From contig JANRIU010000007.1 of the NCBI GenBank assembly GCA_033764615.1, positions 16,314-80,313 on the forward strand: a stretch of 64,000 nucleotides of DNA. Reading direction: 5' to 3'. Both the position numbers and the translations under genes were made by a program. Origin of the DNA: Gemmatimonadales bacterium (GTDB lineage Bacteria > Gemmatimonadota > Gemmatimonadetes > Gemmatimonadales > GWC2-71-9). The stretch's first letter is position 1. Each line of letters starts with the position of its first letter. The notes below the pieces were generated by a model, which made no database searches, was not told the origin of the DNA, and saw only the letters and a list, made by a program, of their open reading frames with translations. Of the stretch, positions 38,305-48,900 are shown in pieces.

Positions 38305-40035
38305 TCAGCGGAGCGGCCGGAAGCGGAGCGGGAGCAGCTCCACCGGCTCGTCCACCGCGAGCGTGACCGTGAGCTCGGCGGTGTCGGTGCCGTGCGTCAC
38401 GAGCACCGCGACGGGGACGCCGGGCGGGATGCCGCAGATGGTGAAGAGCCCGGTGCGGTCGGTGGTCGCGCGCGCGGTCTTCTGCGTATAGCGGAGCGCC
38501 GCGCCCTGCGACGAGAACCCCTCGCGCCAGCTCGCCTCGAGCGTCGCCCCCTCCAGCGTGTGCCCCGCCGCATCCGAGAGGTGGCCGTGCAGCGCCGTGG
38601 CGGGGCGCCCCTCCGTCTTCGGGCCCGGCTTGCAGAGGAGCGGCAGCAGGCTCGCGGCCGGCGGGACGGCCCACGCCGCCTCGCCCCCCGCCAGCGTGTC
38701 GGCCTCGGCCGCGAGCCGCACCGCCGCCCCCTGCAGCGCGCGGATGCGCGGATGGTCTGCCTCCAGCGTGTACCGCCCCGGCAGCAGCCCCCCGAGCTCG
38801 GCGCGCCCGAGCGAGTCGGTGCGCGCCGACACCTCGGTGCCGCGCACGGTCACGAGGGCGTTCGCGAGGGGCGTGAGCGCCGCACGCGCGCTGTCGGCCA
38901 GCGCCACCCGCACGCGGCCCAGCATCTGGCCGAGGCGGAGGTCGCCGAGCTCGGCGAGCTGGCCGCCGTCCTCCTTGAGCCGCCGCACCACCCGCGCGCC
39001 GAACGACGCGCCGCGGATCGTGCCGGTGCGCGCGAGCTCCGACGGATTGAGGAAGTAGTTCTGCTGCACGCCGCAGACCGGCATCCGCACGAACCACCGC
39101 TCGATCACCCAGCGGCCGTCGGGCAGGCGGCGGTACCGCACCTCGCCGCGGGCGCTCGCATCCGCGCCGCAGGGCGGCAGGCGCACGTACGAGAACTCCA
39201 CGCGGCGCAGCTCGCGCGTGGCGAGCTCCACCCAGAGCGTGCCCGTCACGTCGCCGTGCTTCGGCGCGTCGGCCGCGGGCTCGAAGCGCAGCCCGATGAG
39301 GCCCGGCTCGCCCGGCGGCCCCGGCACCGGCGTCGTGCAGTGCCCCGCGAGGAACGCGGCCGACGTCACCATGCGCGCATCGGGGACGTGGTAGGTGAGC
39401 GTGTCGCCGTGCGGGACGATGAAGCCGGTGCGCGCCAGCGTGTCGGGCGAGAGGTTGATGAACGTCTCGCGGCCGATCCCCTCGTGCGACGCCTGCCGCT
39501 GGCTCACCACGGTCGCGCCGTCGCGGTCGAGCAGCCGCTCCCACGTGAGCGTGCGCGCCGCGAACGGCGGGAGGCGCCGCGTCACCTCCAGCGCCTCGAC
39601 CGCCAGGCGCACCTCCGAGATGAGCCGGTCGGCGAGCGGCCCCTCGAACGGCGGCCGCGGGCAGCGCATCCCCGCCTCGCTCACCAGCTCGGGCAGGTTC
39701 GTCGGGCTGCCGCGCAGGATGTAGCGGGGCGGCACCGCCGGCGGCACGGGGTCGGGGACGACGCCGGGGAAGCTGTCCGGGGCGAAGCCGATGCGCGCCA
39801 CGCGGAGCAGCACCGGCGCCTCCGCGCCCACGACGAGCGTGAACCGCCCGCCCTGCTCCGCGAGCCCCGTCGCGACGCGCACACCGTCCCGCTCCGCGGT
39901 CACGAGCGCACCGGTGAGCGCCTCCGGGTACAGGCTGTCGACCAGCACCCCCTGCACCACCTGCGCCGCCGCCGGCCGCGCCACGCCGAGCAGCAGCGCC
40001 ACGCCCCACGCCCCCGGCCCCCGGGCCCCGCTCAC
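38305..40035 (-). CDS. Secreted protein with carboxypeptidase-regulatory-like domains
   Basis: Signal peptide ending AAAQ, 'QVVQGVLVDS', 'RVARIGF', 'GLLPGRYTL', 'TDRTGLFTICG'. GTGA overlap with the upstream gene. Confidence 0.75.
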   Translation of the reverse strand: MSGARGPGAWGVALLLGVARPAAAQVVQGVLVDSLYPEALTGALVTAERDGVRVATGLAEQGGRFTLVVGAEAPVLLRVARIGFAPDSFPGVVPDPVPPAVPPRYILRGSPTNLPELVSEAGMRCPRPPFEGPLADRLISEVRLAVEALEVTRRLPPFAARTLTWERLLDRDGATVVSQRQASHEGIGRETFINLSPDTLARTGFIVPHGDTLTYHVPDARMVTSAAFLAGHCTTPVPGPPGEPGLIGLRFEPAADAPKHGDVTGTLWVELATRELRRVEFSYVRLPPCGADASARGEVRYRRLPDGRWVIERWFVRMPVCGVQQNYFLNPSELARTGTIRGASFGARVVRRLKEDGGQLAELGDLRLGQMLGRVRVALADSARAALTPLANALVTVRGTEVSARTDSLGRAELGGLLPGRYTLEADHPRIRALQGAAVRLAAEADTLAGGEAAWAVPPAASLLPLLCKPGPKTEGRPATALHGHLSDAAGHTLEGATLEASWREGFSSQGAALRYTQKTARATTDRTGLFTICGIPPGVPVAVLVTHGTDTAELTVTLAVDEPVELLPLRFRPLR

Positions 40036-41465
40036 CGCACCCCCACCAGCCCCTTCGTCGCCGCGATCATCTTCGGCGCGTCGTAGCCGACGCCGTCCTT
40101 GAACACGATCGTGGTGTTGCGGATCTCGGCAGGCCGCGCCACCGGGTCGCCGCGGATCACCTGCAGGTCCGCGGCCTTCCCCGCCTCGACCGTGCCGATC
40201 CGCGCGTTGCCCAGCACCTGCGCGCCGTTGGCGGTCATGATCTTCACCGCCTCCACCGGCGTGAAGCCCGCCTCGAGCAGGAGCTCGTAGTTGCGCTGGT
40301 CGCCGAAGCCGGGGAGCGCCCCGCCGTTCCCCGTCGGGTCGACGCCGCACGCGAGCAGGCCGCCCGCGCGCACGAAGGCGACCTCGTACTCCTGCGCCTT
40401 CCGGAACACGGCCGGGCTGATCGCGAACGCGCCGGGCTCGGCGAGGCGCGCGCGCGTGGTGAGGTACTCGTTCCGCACGTCGTTGCTCATCGCGTCGAGC
40501 ACGCGCTGCTCGAGCGGCGGCCGGTTCGGCACGAACAGCTCGTACACGGCGAGCGTGCTCGTCATCGCCACCTTGCGGCGGATCATCTCCCGGAAGGTGC
40601 GCTGCACCTCGGGGCCGTTCACGTCCAGGGTCGTGTACTTCGCCTCGAAGCCGGCCGGGCACTTGTCGGGCTCCTTGGCCGGGTCGTACTCGCTGTTGGC
40701 GAAGAGGCCGTGCTCCACCGCGTCGATGCCGGCGTCCACCGCATCGCGGTAGCCGACCGAGCAGAGGTGCCCCGTCACCTTGAGGCCGCGCTTGTGCGCC
40801 TCGTCGGCCGCGGCGGCCAGCACGTCCTTCCGCACGAGCGTGTAGAACTTGAGCCAGCTCGCCCCCTCGCTCGCCCAGTACGCCACCACGCGCCGCGCGT
40901 CCTCCGGCGTGACCAGCGCGTGCATCCCGCCCCCCGCGCCCGCGCCCGTGAGGTACGGCCCCGTGATGTGCATGCGCGGCCCGGCGACCATGCCGGCCTC
41001 GATGTTCCGCTTCAGGTTGATCTCGCTGTACGGCGACATCGAGCCGGTGGTGCGGATCGTCGTCACCCCGCTGGCGAGGTACAGCAGCGGGCCGGTGACG
41101 TTCATCTGCGTCGAGCGGAGCGACGTGGTGTAGAACGTGTGGTCGTGCATGCCGACGAACCCGGGCAGGACCGTGTGCCCCGCGAGCTCCATCCGCCGCG
41201 CGCCCGCCGGCACCGCCACCGACGCCGACGGCCCCACCGCGCGGATGACACCGCGCTCGATCAGCACCGTCTGTTCCGCCTTCGGCGGCGCGCCCGTGCC
41301 ATCCACCACGGACACGCCGACGAGCGCCACCACCGGCTCCGGCACGGTCACGTACGCCTTCGCCTGCGGCCCCAGCTGCTCGTATGCCTGCGCGCCGAGC
41401 GGCGCCGCGACGCCGAGCACCGCCACCGCCGCGACCGCCGCCCGTGCCCACCACGCTCCCGTCAT
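40032..41465 (-). CDS. Secreted amidohydrolase family protein
   Basis: 'VLPGFVGMHDH', 'GVTTIRT', 'VTGHL', 'EHG', 'GTVEAGKAADL'. Start ATG 41465. Confidence 0.88.
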   Translation of the reverse strand: MTGAWWARAAVAAVAVLGVAAPLGAQAYEQLGPQAKAYVTVPEPVVALVGVSVVDGTGAPPKAEQTVLIERGVIRAVGPSASVAVPAGARRMELAGHTVLPGFVGMHDHTFYTTSLRSTQMNVTGPLLYLASGVTTIRTTGSMSPYSEINLKRNIEAGMVAGPRMHITGPYLTGAGAGGGMHALVTPEDARRVVAYWASEGASWLKFYTLVRKDVLAAAADEAHKRGLKVTGHLCSVGYRDAVDAGIDAVEHGLFANSEYDPAKEPDKCPAGFEAKYTTLDVNGPEVQRTFREMIRRKVAMTSTLAVYELFVPNRPPLEQRVLDAMSNDVRNEYLTTRARLAEPGAFAISPAVFRKAQEYEVAFVRAGGLLACGVDPTGNGGALPGFGDQRNYELLLEAGFTPVEAVKIMTANGAQVLGNARIGTVEAGKAADLQVIRGDPVARPAEIRNTTIVFKDGVGYDAPKMIAATKGLVGVR

Positions 41466-43672
41466 CGCCCCTCCTCGTCGCCGACCGTGATCACCGCATG
41501 CATCCCCGACGCGAGGTGCTCGGGGACGTGGCAGTGGAGCATCCACCGCCCGGGGTTCTGGAACCACACCAGCACGTCCACCGTGGCACCCGCGGGCACC
41601 AGCACCGTGTCCTTCCACGCCCGGTCCGCCGCCGGCCGCCCGTTCACCGCCAGCACCACGAAGCGCTGCCCGTGCAGGTGGATGGGGTGCTGCATCGCGT
41701 GCAGCGTGTGCCGGTCGTTGCGGATCCGCACCTTCTGCACGCCGTCGCGCGGCACGCGCCACGCGATCTCGTGGTTCTCCTTCCCGCTCGCCACGTCGCG
41801 CAGGATCCAGCGCGCCTGCCTCGGCGTGGAGAGGACGTCCATCATCGGCATCGTGCCGACCCACTCCACCGGCTGCACGTACTGCGTGTCGGCCCGCATC
41901 GCCTGCTCGAGGCCGATGGGGAGCCCCGTCGGCTGCAGCGTCAGCAGCAGCTCGCGCTGCGGCGCGGCGTCGCGCCATGCGTCGAACCGGTCGGTCTCCT
42001 CGTCGTGGCGCGCGAGCGCGTCGAAGCCGCGCTGCGCCGGCGTCGGTGCCGCCGGCGTGTCGGCCGCCGAGACGACGAGCGTCGCCACCGTGTCCACCTG
42101 CGGGAAGTACGCCTGCTGCACCGGGTCGACGCCGAGCACCCGGTTCACCAGCGCGTAGCGGCCCGGCTGGTCGAGCCGCACGTCCACCGCCCACCGCTCG
42201 GCGGGGGCGATCGTCACGACGTCCACGCGCCGCTCCTGCTCCATCCGCCCCATGTCGGCCGCGACCAGCTTCATCGGCAGCGGCTCCTCGAACGCGAGGT
42301 TGAACGGCCGCACCCCCGCCGCGTTCGCGAACCAGAGCCGCACCACCTGCCCGGCGCGCAGCGCCAGCTCCGGTCGCACCGCGCCGTTCACGGTGATTAC
42401 GTTGCCGAAGCGCCCCATCAGCGCATGCGTCGGCCGCTCGGCGCCATGCGGGTACACCGTGCTGTCGCCCAGCAGGATGTCGTCGAGCAGCAGGACGTGC
42501 TCGGCGTCCACCGGCGCCAGCCAGTCGTCGCGCCGCGCCGCCACGCGGATCGTCCCCGCGAGGCCCAGGTCCATCTGGCGGTCCTCCCGCAGGTGCGGGT
42601 GGTACCAGAAGAGGCCGGGATCGGGGAAGGCGAGCCGGTACGTGAACGTGGCCCCCGGCGCGATCGGCTCCTGCGAGAGCCCGACCGCGCCGTCCTGCCG
42701 CCAGTCGTGCCGCAACCCGTGCCAGTGCACCGTCGTCGGCTCGCCGAGCGCGTTGACGACGCGCAGCGTGGAACGCAGCCCCTCCGTCGCGCGGAGCGTC
42801 GGCGCCGGCACCCGGCCGTTCCAGGCGTAACCCGTGAACGCGCGCCCGGCGAGCGTGCGCGCGAGCGGCGCGGTCACGAGCACCGCCGTGTCCTTCGCGC
42901 CGAGCACGATCGCCTCCGCATCGGGCGGCGCGGGCGGTGCGTTGGCCGGCGCGCCGCGGGCCGGTCGCGCCCGCGCGCGCGCGGCACCACGGGCGGCCGC
43001 GGCGGGCGGTGCCGTCGGCACGGGCGTCGCCGACGGCCACCACGGCGTCGCATCCGGCTGCAGCACCTCGAGGCCCGGCGGCATCGAGGTCACGCGCGGA
43101 TGCATCGGCGGCATCGGCCACGCGCCGTGCTGGTGCGCCCCCGCCTCCCGCGCGGGCAGGCGGCTCGAGCCGTGCGGCTGCATCAGGGCGCTCGGGCTCT
43201 GCGCTCGGAGCAGCAGCTTCCCCATCGTCGCGGGCGCGGTGTCGGCCTCCTCGGTCACGAAGAGCGTGAACACCGGCAGCGCCACCTCGCCCACGAGGTT
43301 GGCGCCGTTCCGCACGCGGCCGAGCCGGATGAGCGGCGCCATCGACGGCGGCGCCACCCACGCGACGTAGTGCGGCCCGCCGATCCACCGCGGTGACGGC
43401 CGGTGCCGCAGCCCGCTCAGCCGCATCCGGACCTGCCAGCGCACCACACCCTCCCGCGTGACCGGGATGCCGTACGGCGTCGGCGCGTAGTCCAGCTCGG
43501 CGTAGCCCGACATGGTGGTGACGTCGGGGACCGGCACGAGGTCGACGCAGTGCAGCGAGAGGTCGCCAAGCGTCGTGACGCTCGAATCGGCGCAGGTGAG
43601 CGGCGGCGGGCCGGAGGCGGCAGGCCGGGCCGGCGGTGCCTGCAGCAGCGTCAGAAGCATGAGCGGGGTCAC
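41462..43672 (-). CDS. Three-domain multicopper oxidase with an N-terminal extension
   Basis: All copper motifs present: HWHG, WYHPH, HPIHLHG, WMLHCHVPEHLASGM. Confidence 0.9.
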   Translation of the reverse strand: MTPLMLLTLLQAPPARPAASGPPPLTCADSSVTTLGDLSLHCVDLVPVPDVTTMSGYAELDYAPTPYGIPVTREGVVRWQVRMRLSGLRHRPSPRWIGGPHYVAWVAPPSMAPLIRLGRVRNGANLVGEVALPVFTLFVTEEADTAPATMGKLLLRAQSPSALMQPHGSSRLPAREAGAHQHGAWPMPPMHPRVTSMPPGLEVLQPDATPWWPSATPVPTAPPAAAARGAARARARPARGAPANAPPAPPDAEAIVLGAKDTAVLVTAPLARTLAGRAFTGYAWNGRVPAPTLRATEGLRSTLRVVNALGEPTTVHWHGLRHDWRQDGAVGLSQEPIAPGATFTYRLAFPDPGLFWYHPHLREDRQMDLGLAGTIRVAARRDDWLAPVDAEHVLLLDDILLGDSTVYPHGAERPTHALMGRFGNVITVNGAVRPELALRAGQVVRLWFANAAGVRPFNLAFEEPLPMKLVAADMGRMEQERRVDVVTIAPAERWAVDVRLDQPGRYALVNRVLGVDPVQQAYFPQVDTVATLVVSAADTPAAPTPAQRGFDALARHDEETDRFDAWRDAAPQRELLLTLQPTGLPIGLEQAMRADTQYVQPVEWVGTMPMMDVLSTPRQARWILRDVASGKENHEIAWRVPRDGVQKVRIRNDRHTLHAMQHPIHLHGQRFVVLAVNGRPAADRAWKDTVLVPAGATVDVLVWFQNPGRWMLHCHVPEHLASGMHAVITVGDEEGR

Positions 43673-43701
43673 TCCACAGAGTAACCCCGCTCACCCGATC
43701 C

Positions 43702-43733
43702 GGTCCGCCCGGCCGCCGGTCCGCGCGCCCGCC
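43702..43733 (-). repeat. Octamer x4 element, degenerate (+ strand GGTCCGCC CGGCCGCC GGTCCGCG CGCCCGCC)
   Basis: 8-bp period, between the cytochrome c stop and the multicopper oxidase start. Confidence 0.55.
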
Positions 43734-43740
43734 CGCGCGC

Positions 43741-44622
43741 CTACCCCCGCGGCGCCTGGAGGAAGCGCCATACCGCGTGGAGCTCCGCGTCGGTCATCTG
43801 CCCGGCCAGCCGCCACGGCATGAGCGTGTCGATCGGCGTCCCGTCGGGCCGCACGCCCGACCGCATCGCCCGGACGAACTGGGCCTCGGTCCACCCGTGG
43901 CTCGGGCCGCTCGCGGAGATGTTCGCGGCAGGCTTCCAGTCGGGCGGCGTCCCGGGGATCGGCCCGCCGGTGAGGTCCGCACGATGGCACCCCGTGCACC
44001 CGCCGATGTCGGCCAGGTACGTGCCGAGCGCCAGCGTGTCCCCCTCGGCGACAGTCGCGCGGCCCACCCGCTCGTGCGCGATGCGCTCGGCGCTCAGCAC
44101 CGGCAGCTGCCCCGCGACGAGGAGCGCGCGCCCCATGGGGCCAAGCGCCGTCGGCCGGACGGTGCGGTCCACCGGCGGCAGCGAGAGCAGGTACGCCGAG
44201 AGCGCGGCCTGGTCGGCGTCGGTGAGGCGCTGGTAGTCGTCCGACGGCATGAGCACGAGCGGACGGTCCCCCTCGCCGAGCCCATGGCGCACCGAGCGCT
44301 CCAGGACGGCCGCCGTGAGGCGCGCCCCGACGCCGCCGGCGCCGCGCGTCAGGTTCGGCGCCGACACCACGCCGAGCGCCGGATCGTCGATCACGACCTT
44401 GCCGCCGAAGTCGTCGCCGTGGCAGTCGGAGCACTTCATGATGCTCGTCGCCCGGTGCCGCCCGCGCGCCAGCGTCCCGGGCGTCGCCGCCGCGGCCGCC
44501 ACCGGCGTGTCCGGCGCCGCGATCGCCCGTGTCAGGCGCTGGCTGCTCGCCAGCCACACGCCTGCCAGCGCCAGCCCGGCGAGCCCCGCGAGCACACCCG
44601 CACCGATCGCCAACCCGCGCAT
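43741..44622 (-). CDS. Membrane-anchored di-heme cytochrome c
   Basis: Two CxxCH motifs (CSDCH, CTGCH), 'APNLT', 'LMPS', 'LMPW' and an N-terminal TM helix. Start ATG 44622. Confidence 0.88.
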   Translation of the reverse strand: MRGLAIGAGVLAGLAGLALAGVWLASSQRLTRAIAAPDTPVAAAAATPGTLARGRHRATSIMKCSDCHGDDFGGKVVIDDPALGVVSAPNLTRGAGGVGARLTAAVLERSVRHGLGEGDRPLVLMPSDDYQRLTDADQAALSAYLLSLPPVDRTVRPTALGPMGRALLVAGQLPVLSAERIAHERVGRATVAEGDTLALGTYLADIGGCTGCHRADLTGGPIPGTPPDWKPAANISASGPSHGWTEAQFVRAMRSGVRPDGTPIDTLMPWRLAGQMTDAELHAVWRFLQAPRG

Positions 44623-44740
44623 CACTCGCGCCACTGCCTCGCTCCTTGTGTGAGATGCGCGCCCTACGCCCGGGCCGCGCACATGGTTTCATGTTGCAAC
44701 ACACCTCGCATCTCCGGCGACGACGCCGCGCTCGCCCCAT

Positions 44741-44782
44741 CAGCCCCTCGCCCCCAGCCCCACGCCCCGGCCCCTTGCCTCC
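44741..44782 (+). repeat. Heptamer tandem repeat (CAGCCCC TCGCCCC CAGCCCC ACGCCCC GGCCCCT TGCCTCC)
   Basis: 7-bp period in the intergenic region upstream of the Uma2 gene. Confidence 0.55.
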
Positions 44783-44847
44783 TCGCCAACCCCGAGCCGA
44801 GCCTGCAGCATGCCGTCTTGCGCATCCCCGTCCCGGAGCCGCATCCT

Positions 44848-45417
44848 ATGGTCATGGTCCACCTGCCGCCCGGACGCCTTACCGTGCACGAGTTCCGCGC
44901 CCTGCCGTTCCCGGACGACGACGGGGCGCGACGCGAGCTGCTCGATGGGCGCGTCGTCGTGACGCCGATACCGCGGCCGGCGCATCAGATCGTCGTGCGA
45001 CGGCTGGTCACTGCCCTGGCCAATCATATCGCCCCCCACGGCCTCGACGATTGCGTGCTCCCCGGCGGCGACGCGGCCATCGATGACGGGAACCTCCTCG
45101 TCCCCGACGTGATGGTCGTGCCGCCTGCCGAACTCTCGCGGCAGTGGGAGTCGATCCGCACGCTGCTGCTCGCGGTGGAGGTCGTCTCGCCCGCGTCGGC
45201 CCGGCGCGACCGCGTGGAGAAGCGCCGCCTCTACCAGCGCAGCCAGGCGCGGACGTACTGGGTGGTGGACGTGGACGCGCAGCTCGTGGAGGAGTGGCTG
45301 CCGGCGGACGAGCGCCCGCGCGTCGTCACCGAGGCGCTGCGCTGGCGCTGGGAGCCCGCGGCTCCGGAGCTCGTGCTGCCGATCGACCGCCTGCTCGGAG
45401 CGCTTCCACCCGCCTGA
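44848..45417 (+). CDS. Uma2-family PD-(D/E)XK endonuclease-like protein
   Basis: 'RELLDG..VVTP.P...HQ', 'LVPDV', 'LAVEVVSP', 'DRVEKRRLYQ', 'YWVVD'. Confidence 0.88.
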   Translation: MVMVHLPPGRLTVHEFRALPFPDDDGARRELLDGRVVVTPIPRPAHQIVVRRLVTALANHIAPHGLDDCVLPGGDAAIDDGNLLVPDVMVVPPAELSRQWESIRTLLLAVEVVSPASARRDRVEKRRLYQRSQARTYWVVDVDAQLVEEWLPADERPRVVTEALRWRWEPAAPELVLPIDRLLGALPPA

Positions 45418-45430
45418 CCCCGGAGCCCCC

Positions 45431-45892
45431 ATGCCGATGCCGTCGCCCAGCCCCGAGCACCGCGCCCTCGAGCGCCTCGCCGGCGCGTGGCGCGGCGAGG
45501 AGGAGATCGCGCCGTCGCCGTTCGATCCGCAGGGCGCGCGCGCCGAGGGGCTCGTCACCAACACGGTGGTGGTCGACGGCTTCGCGGTGCAGCACGACTA
45601 CGTCCAGCTGCGCGACGGCGTCGCCAGCTTCCGCGGCCACGGCGTCTTCCGCTGGGCGCCCGAGCGGCAGGCCGTGGTGCTCTGGTGGATCGATGCGATG
45701 GGCGGGCCGCCGACGGAGTACGTCGGCGGCTGGGTGGGCGACGAGCTGGTGCTGGAGGCGCCGATCCCGGGCGGCTTCGCCCGGTCGACGTGGGTGTTCG
45801 ACGATGCCGGGCGCTATGCCCACGCGCTGGACGTGTCGCCGGACGGCGCGGAGTGGATGACGACGATGCGGGGGCGGTACCACCGCGCCTGA
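45431..45892 (+). CDS. DUF1579-like protein
   Basis: 'PEHRALERLAGAWRGEE', 'FRGHGVF', 'WWIDAMG', 'GRYHR'. Confidence 0.75.
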   Translation: MPMPSPSPEHRALERLAGAWRGEEEIAPSPFDPQGARAEGLVTNTVVVDGFAVQHDYVQLRDGVASFRGHGVFRWAPERQAVVLWWIDAMGGPPTEYVGGWVGDELVLEAPIPGGFARSTWVFDDAGRYAHALDVSPDGAEWMTTMRGRYHRA

Positions 45893-45916
45893 CGGCCCGC
45901 CCCCGAGGCGCGGCGC

Positions 45917-48900
45917 CTACTCCGCGCCCGACTCCGGAGTGACGCCGGCACCCGCCGGCTCCGGCGACCCGAGCAGCCGCCGCAGGCGGTGCATCGACGC
46001 CTCGCGCCACTCCACCATCACCTCGTAGAACGTCGGGATCACCAGCAGCGTCAGCAGCGTCGACGTGATCACGCCACCGATCACGGCGATGCCGAGCGGT
46101 GCCCGGAAGTCGGCGCCCTCGCCCTTGCCGTACGCCACCGGCAGCATGCCGGCGATGAGGGCGAGCGTCGTCATCAGGATCGGCCGGAGCCGCGTCTTCC
46201 CCGCCTCGATGATCGCGGCGCGCAGCGGCATCCCCTTCTCCTGCGCCCACTTCGCGAAGTCGATCAGCAGGATCGCGTTCTTCGCCACGATCCCCATCAG
46301 CAGGATGACGCCCATCAGCGACATGATGTTGAGCGTCTGCCCCGTCACGATGAGCCCGAGCACCACGCCGATCAGCGAGAGCGGCAGCGACACGAGGATC
46401 GCCACCGGGTCGAGGAACGACCCGAACTGCACCACCAGGATGAGGTACATCATCAGCACGGCCACGCCGAGGGCGATGAACACCTTGCTGAACACCTCCT
46501 GCTGGTCGCGCGCCTGCCCGCCCTGCGACAGCGTGATCCCCGGCGGCAGCGGCGCCTCGGCGGCCATCTTCGCGAGGATCCCCTGCAGCACGTCGTTGAG
46601 CGGGCGCCCCTGCACGTTGGCGCCGACGGTGATCACCTTGTCGCGGTCGAGGTGGTCGATCTGCGCCGGCGCGCGGCCGGTGCGCACGTCGGCCACCTGG
46701 CCGAGCGGGAGCGTCGCGCCGCCGGCCGGGAGCGTGAGCGGCAGCTGCGAGAGGTCGGCCGTGCGCGCGCGCGCCTCCGGCGCGAGGCGCACGCGCACGT
46801 CGCGCGTCTCGCCGGCGGGGTCGATCCAGTCGCCCGCGTCGATGCCGGCGAACGCCGGCCGCAGCGACTGCGCCACCTGGCCCACGGTCACCCCGAGCGA
46901 GCCGGCGACGCCGCGGTACGGCTCGATCACCACCTCCTCGCGGGAGGCGCGCGTCGAGAGCGACACGTCGGCCGCGCCCGGCACCGTCTTCGCCAGCTCC
47001 ATCAGCCGCTCCGCGTACGCCGCGAGCGCCTTCGCGTCGGGGCCGCGCAGCTGCAGCTGGATGTCCTTCATCGCGCCGGCGAAGCCGCCGCTGAAGACGA
47101 ACACCTGCGCGCCGCCGATGCGCGCGAGCTCCTCGCGCAGGATCCGCCCCATCTCGTCCTGCGAGACGCGGCGCTCCGTCTTCGGCACGAGCCGCACGAG
47201 CACGCTCGCCTGGTCCACGCCCGGCGTGCGCATCGGCAGCGGCGTGCCGATCACCGTGTACGTGTAGAGCACCTCGGGGTGCTTCCGCACGAGCTGCGCG
47301 ACCTCCTCGGTCTTCGCGCGCGTGTACTCGAGGTTGGCCGACGGCGGCGCCTCGACGATGATCTCCATCTCCGACCGGTCGCTCACCGGCACGAAGCCCG
47401 CGCCGCCGACCGTCGCCTGCAGCGCGATGGCGCCGACGAAGCTCGCCACCGCCAGCAGCGCCACCGCGATCCGGTGGTCGAGCGCCCAGCCGATGAGGCG
47501 GCCGTACCGCTCCGTCTGCCGGTCGAACCAGCGGTTGAACCGGTCGAGCAGGCGCGTCACCCACCCCTTCCGCTCCTCGGGGACGTGCGGGTCGGGCCAG
47601 TACGCCGAGAGCATCGGGTCGAGCGAGAACGACACGAACAGCGACACCAGCACCGACATCGCGATCGTGAGCGCGAACGGCTTGAACCACTGCCCCGAGA
47701 GGCCGGGGAGGAACGCGATCGGCACGAAGACGGCGATGATCGAGAACGTCGTCGCCGCCACCGCGAGGCCGATCTCGGCGGTCCCCTCGCGGCTCGCGGT
47801 GTAGTGGTCCTTCCCCATCTCCACGTGGCGCACGATGTTCTCGCGCACGACGATGGCGTCGTCGATCAGGATGCCGATGGCGAGCGAGAGGCCGAGCAGC
47901 GACATCGTCTCGAGCTTGAAGCCGAACGCCCACACCGCGATGAAGCTCGCGATCACCGAGACCGGCAGCGCCAGGCCCGTGATCACCGTGGAGCGCCAGC
48001 TGTTCAGGAACAGGAACACGACCAGCACCGTGAGCAGCGCGCCCTCGACGAGCGCCTCCTTCACGTTCTGCACCGCGCGCTCGGCGCGCTGCCCCTGGTC
48101 GCGCACCACGCTCACCGACACGCCCGCCGGCAGCGTCGGCTGGAGGCGGCGCAGCTCCGCCTGCACCCGGTCCGACACGTCGGTCGCGCTGTACCCCTTC
48201 GACTTCTTCACCTCGATCCCGACCGACGGCTTCGAGTTGTAGATCGCGAGCGTGCGCTGCTCCTCCGCCCCCTCGCGCACGCGCGCCACCTCGCCCAGGC
48301 GCACGATGCGCCCGCCGCGGTCGGCCACCACCAGGTTGCCGAAGTCGGCCGCGTGCTCGAGGCGCCCCTTGAGCCGGATGGTGCGCTCGTCATGCTGGCC
48401 CGTGAGGCGGCCGACCGGCGCGGCGAGGTTCTGCGCCTGCACCGCCTGCACCACCTGCGCCACGGTGAGCCCCGCGGCCTGCAGCCGCGCCGGGTCCACC
48501 TCGATCGTCATCTCGGGATAGACGCCGCCCACCACCTGCGCCTGCGCCACGCCCGGCACCGCGCGGATCGCGCGGACCACCGTCGGGTCGGCGATGAGGG
48601 TGAGCTCCTTCGGCGAGAGCGCGGGTGCCGCGAGCGAGAGCGAGAGCAGCGACTGCTCCGCCGGGTCCACCTTCGCGATGATCGGCTCCTCGATCTCCTG
48701 CGGCAGGTCGCCGCGGAGCTCGGAGAGCGCGTCGCGCACGTCCTGCGCCGCCTGGTCGACCCCCTTCTCGAACTCGAAGAAGATCGTGAGCTGCGCGAGG
48801 CCGTCCGTCGCGTTGGCGATCGTCTGGTTCCGGTCGACGCCCGCGATGCCGAAGATCTTCTGCTCGATCGGGTCGATCACCTCGCGCTCCACCGTCTCGG

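Noticed and set aside
44848-45417. Uma2 endonuclease as part of a restriction or defence system
   Set aside because: It stands alone with no methyltransferase or defence partners, and such genes are commonly multi-copy solo genes of unclear function.
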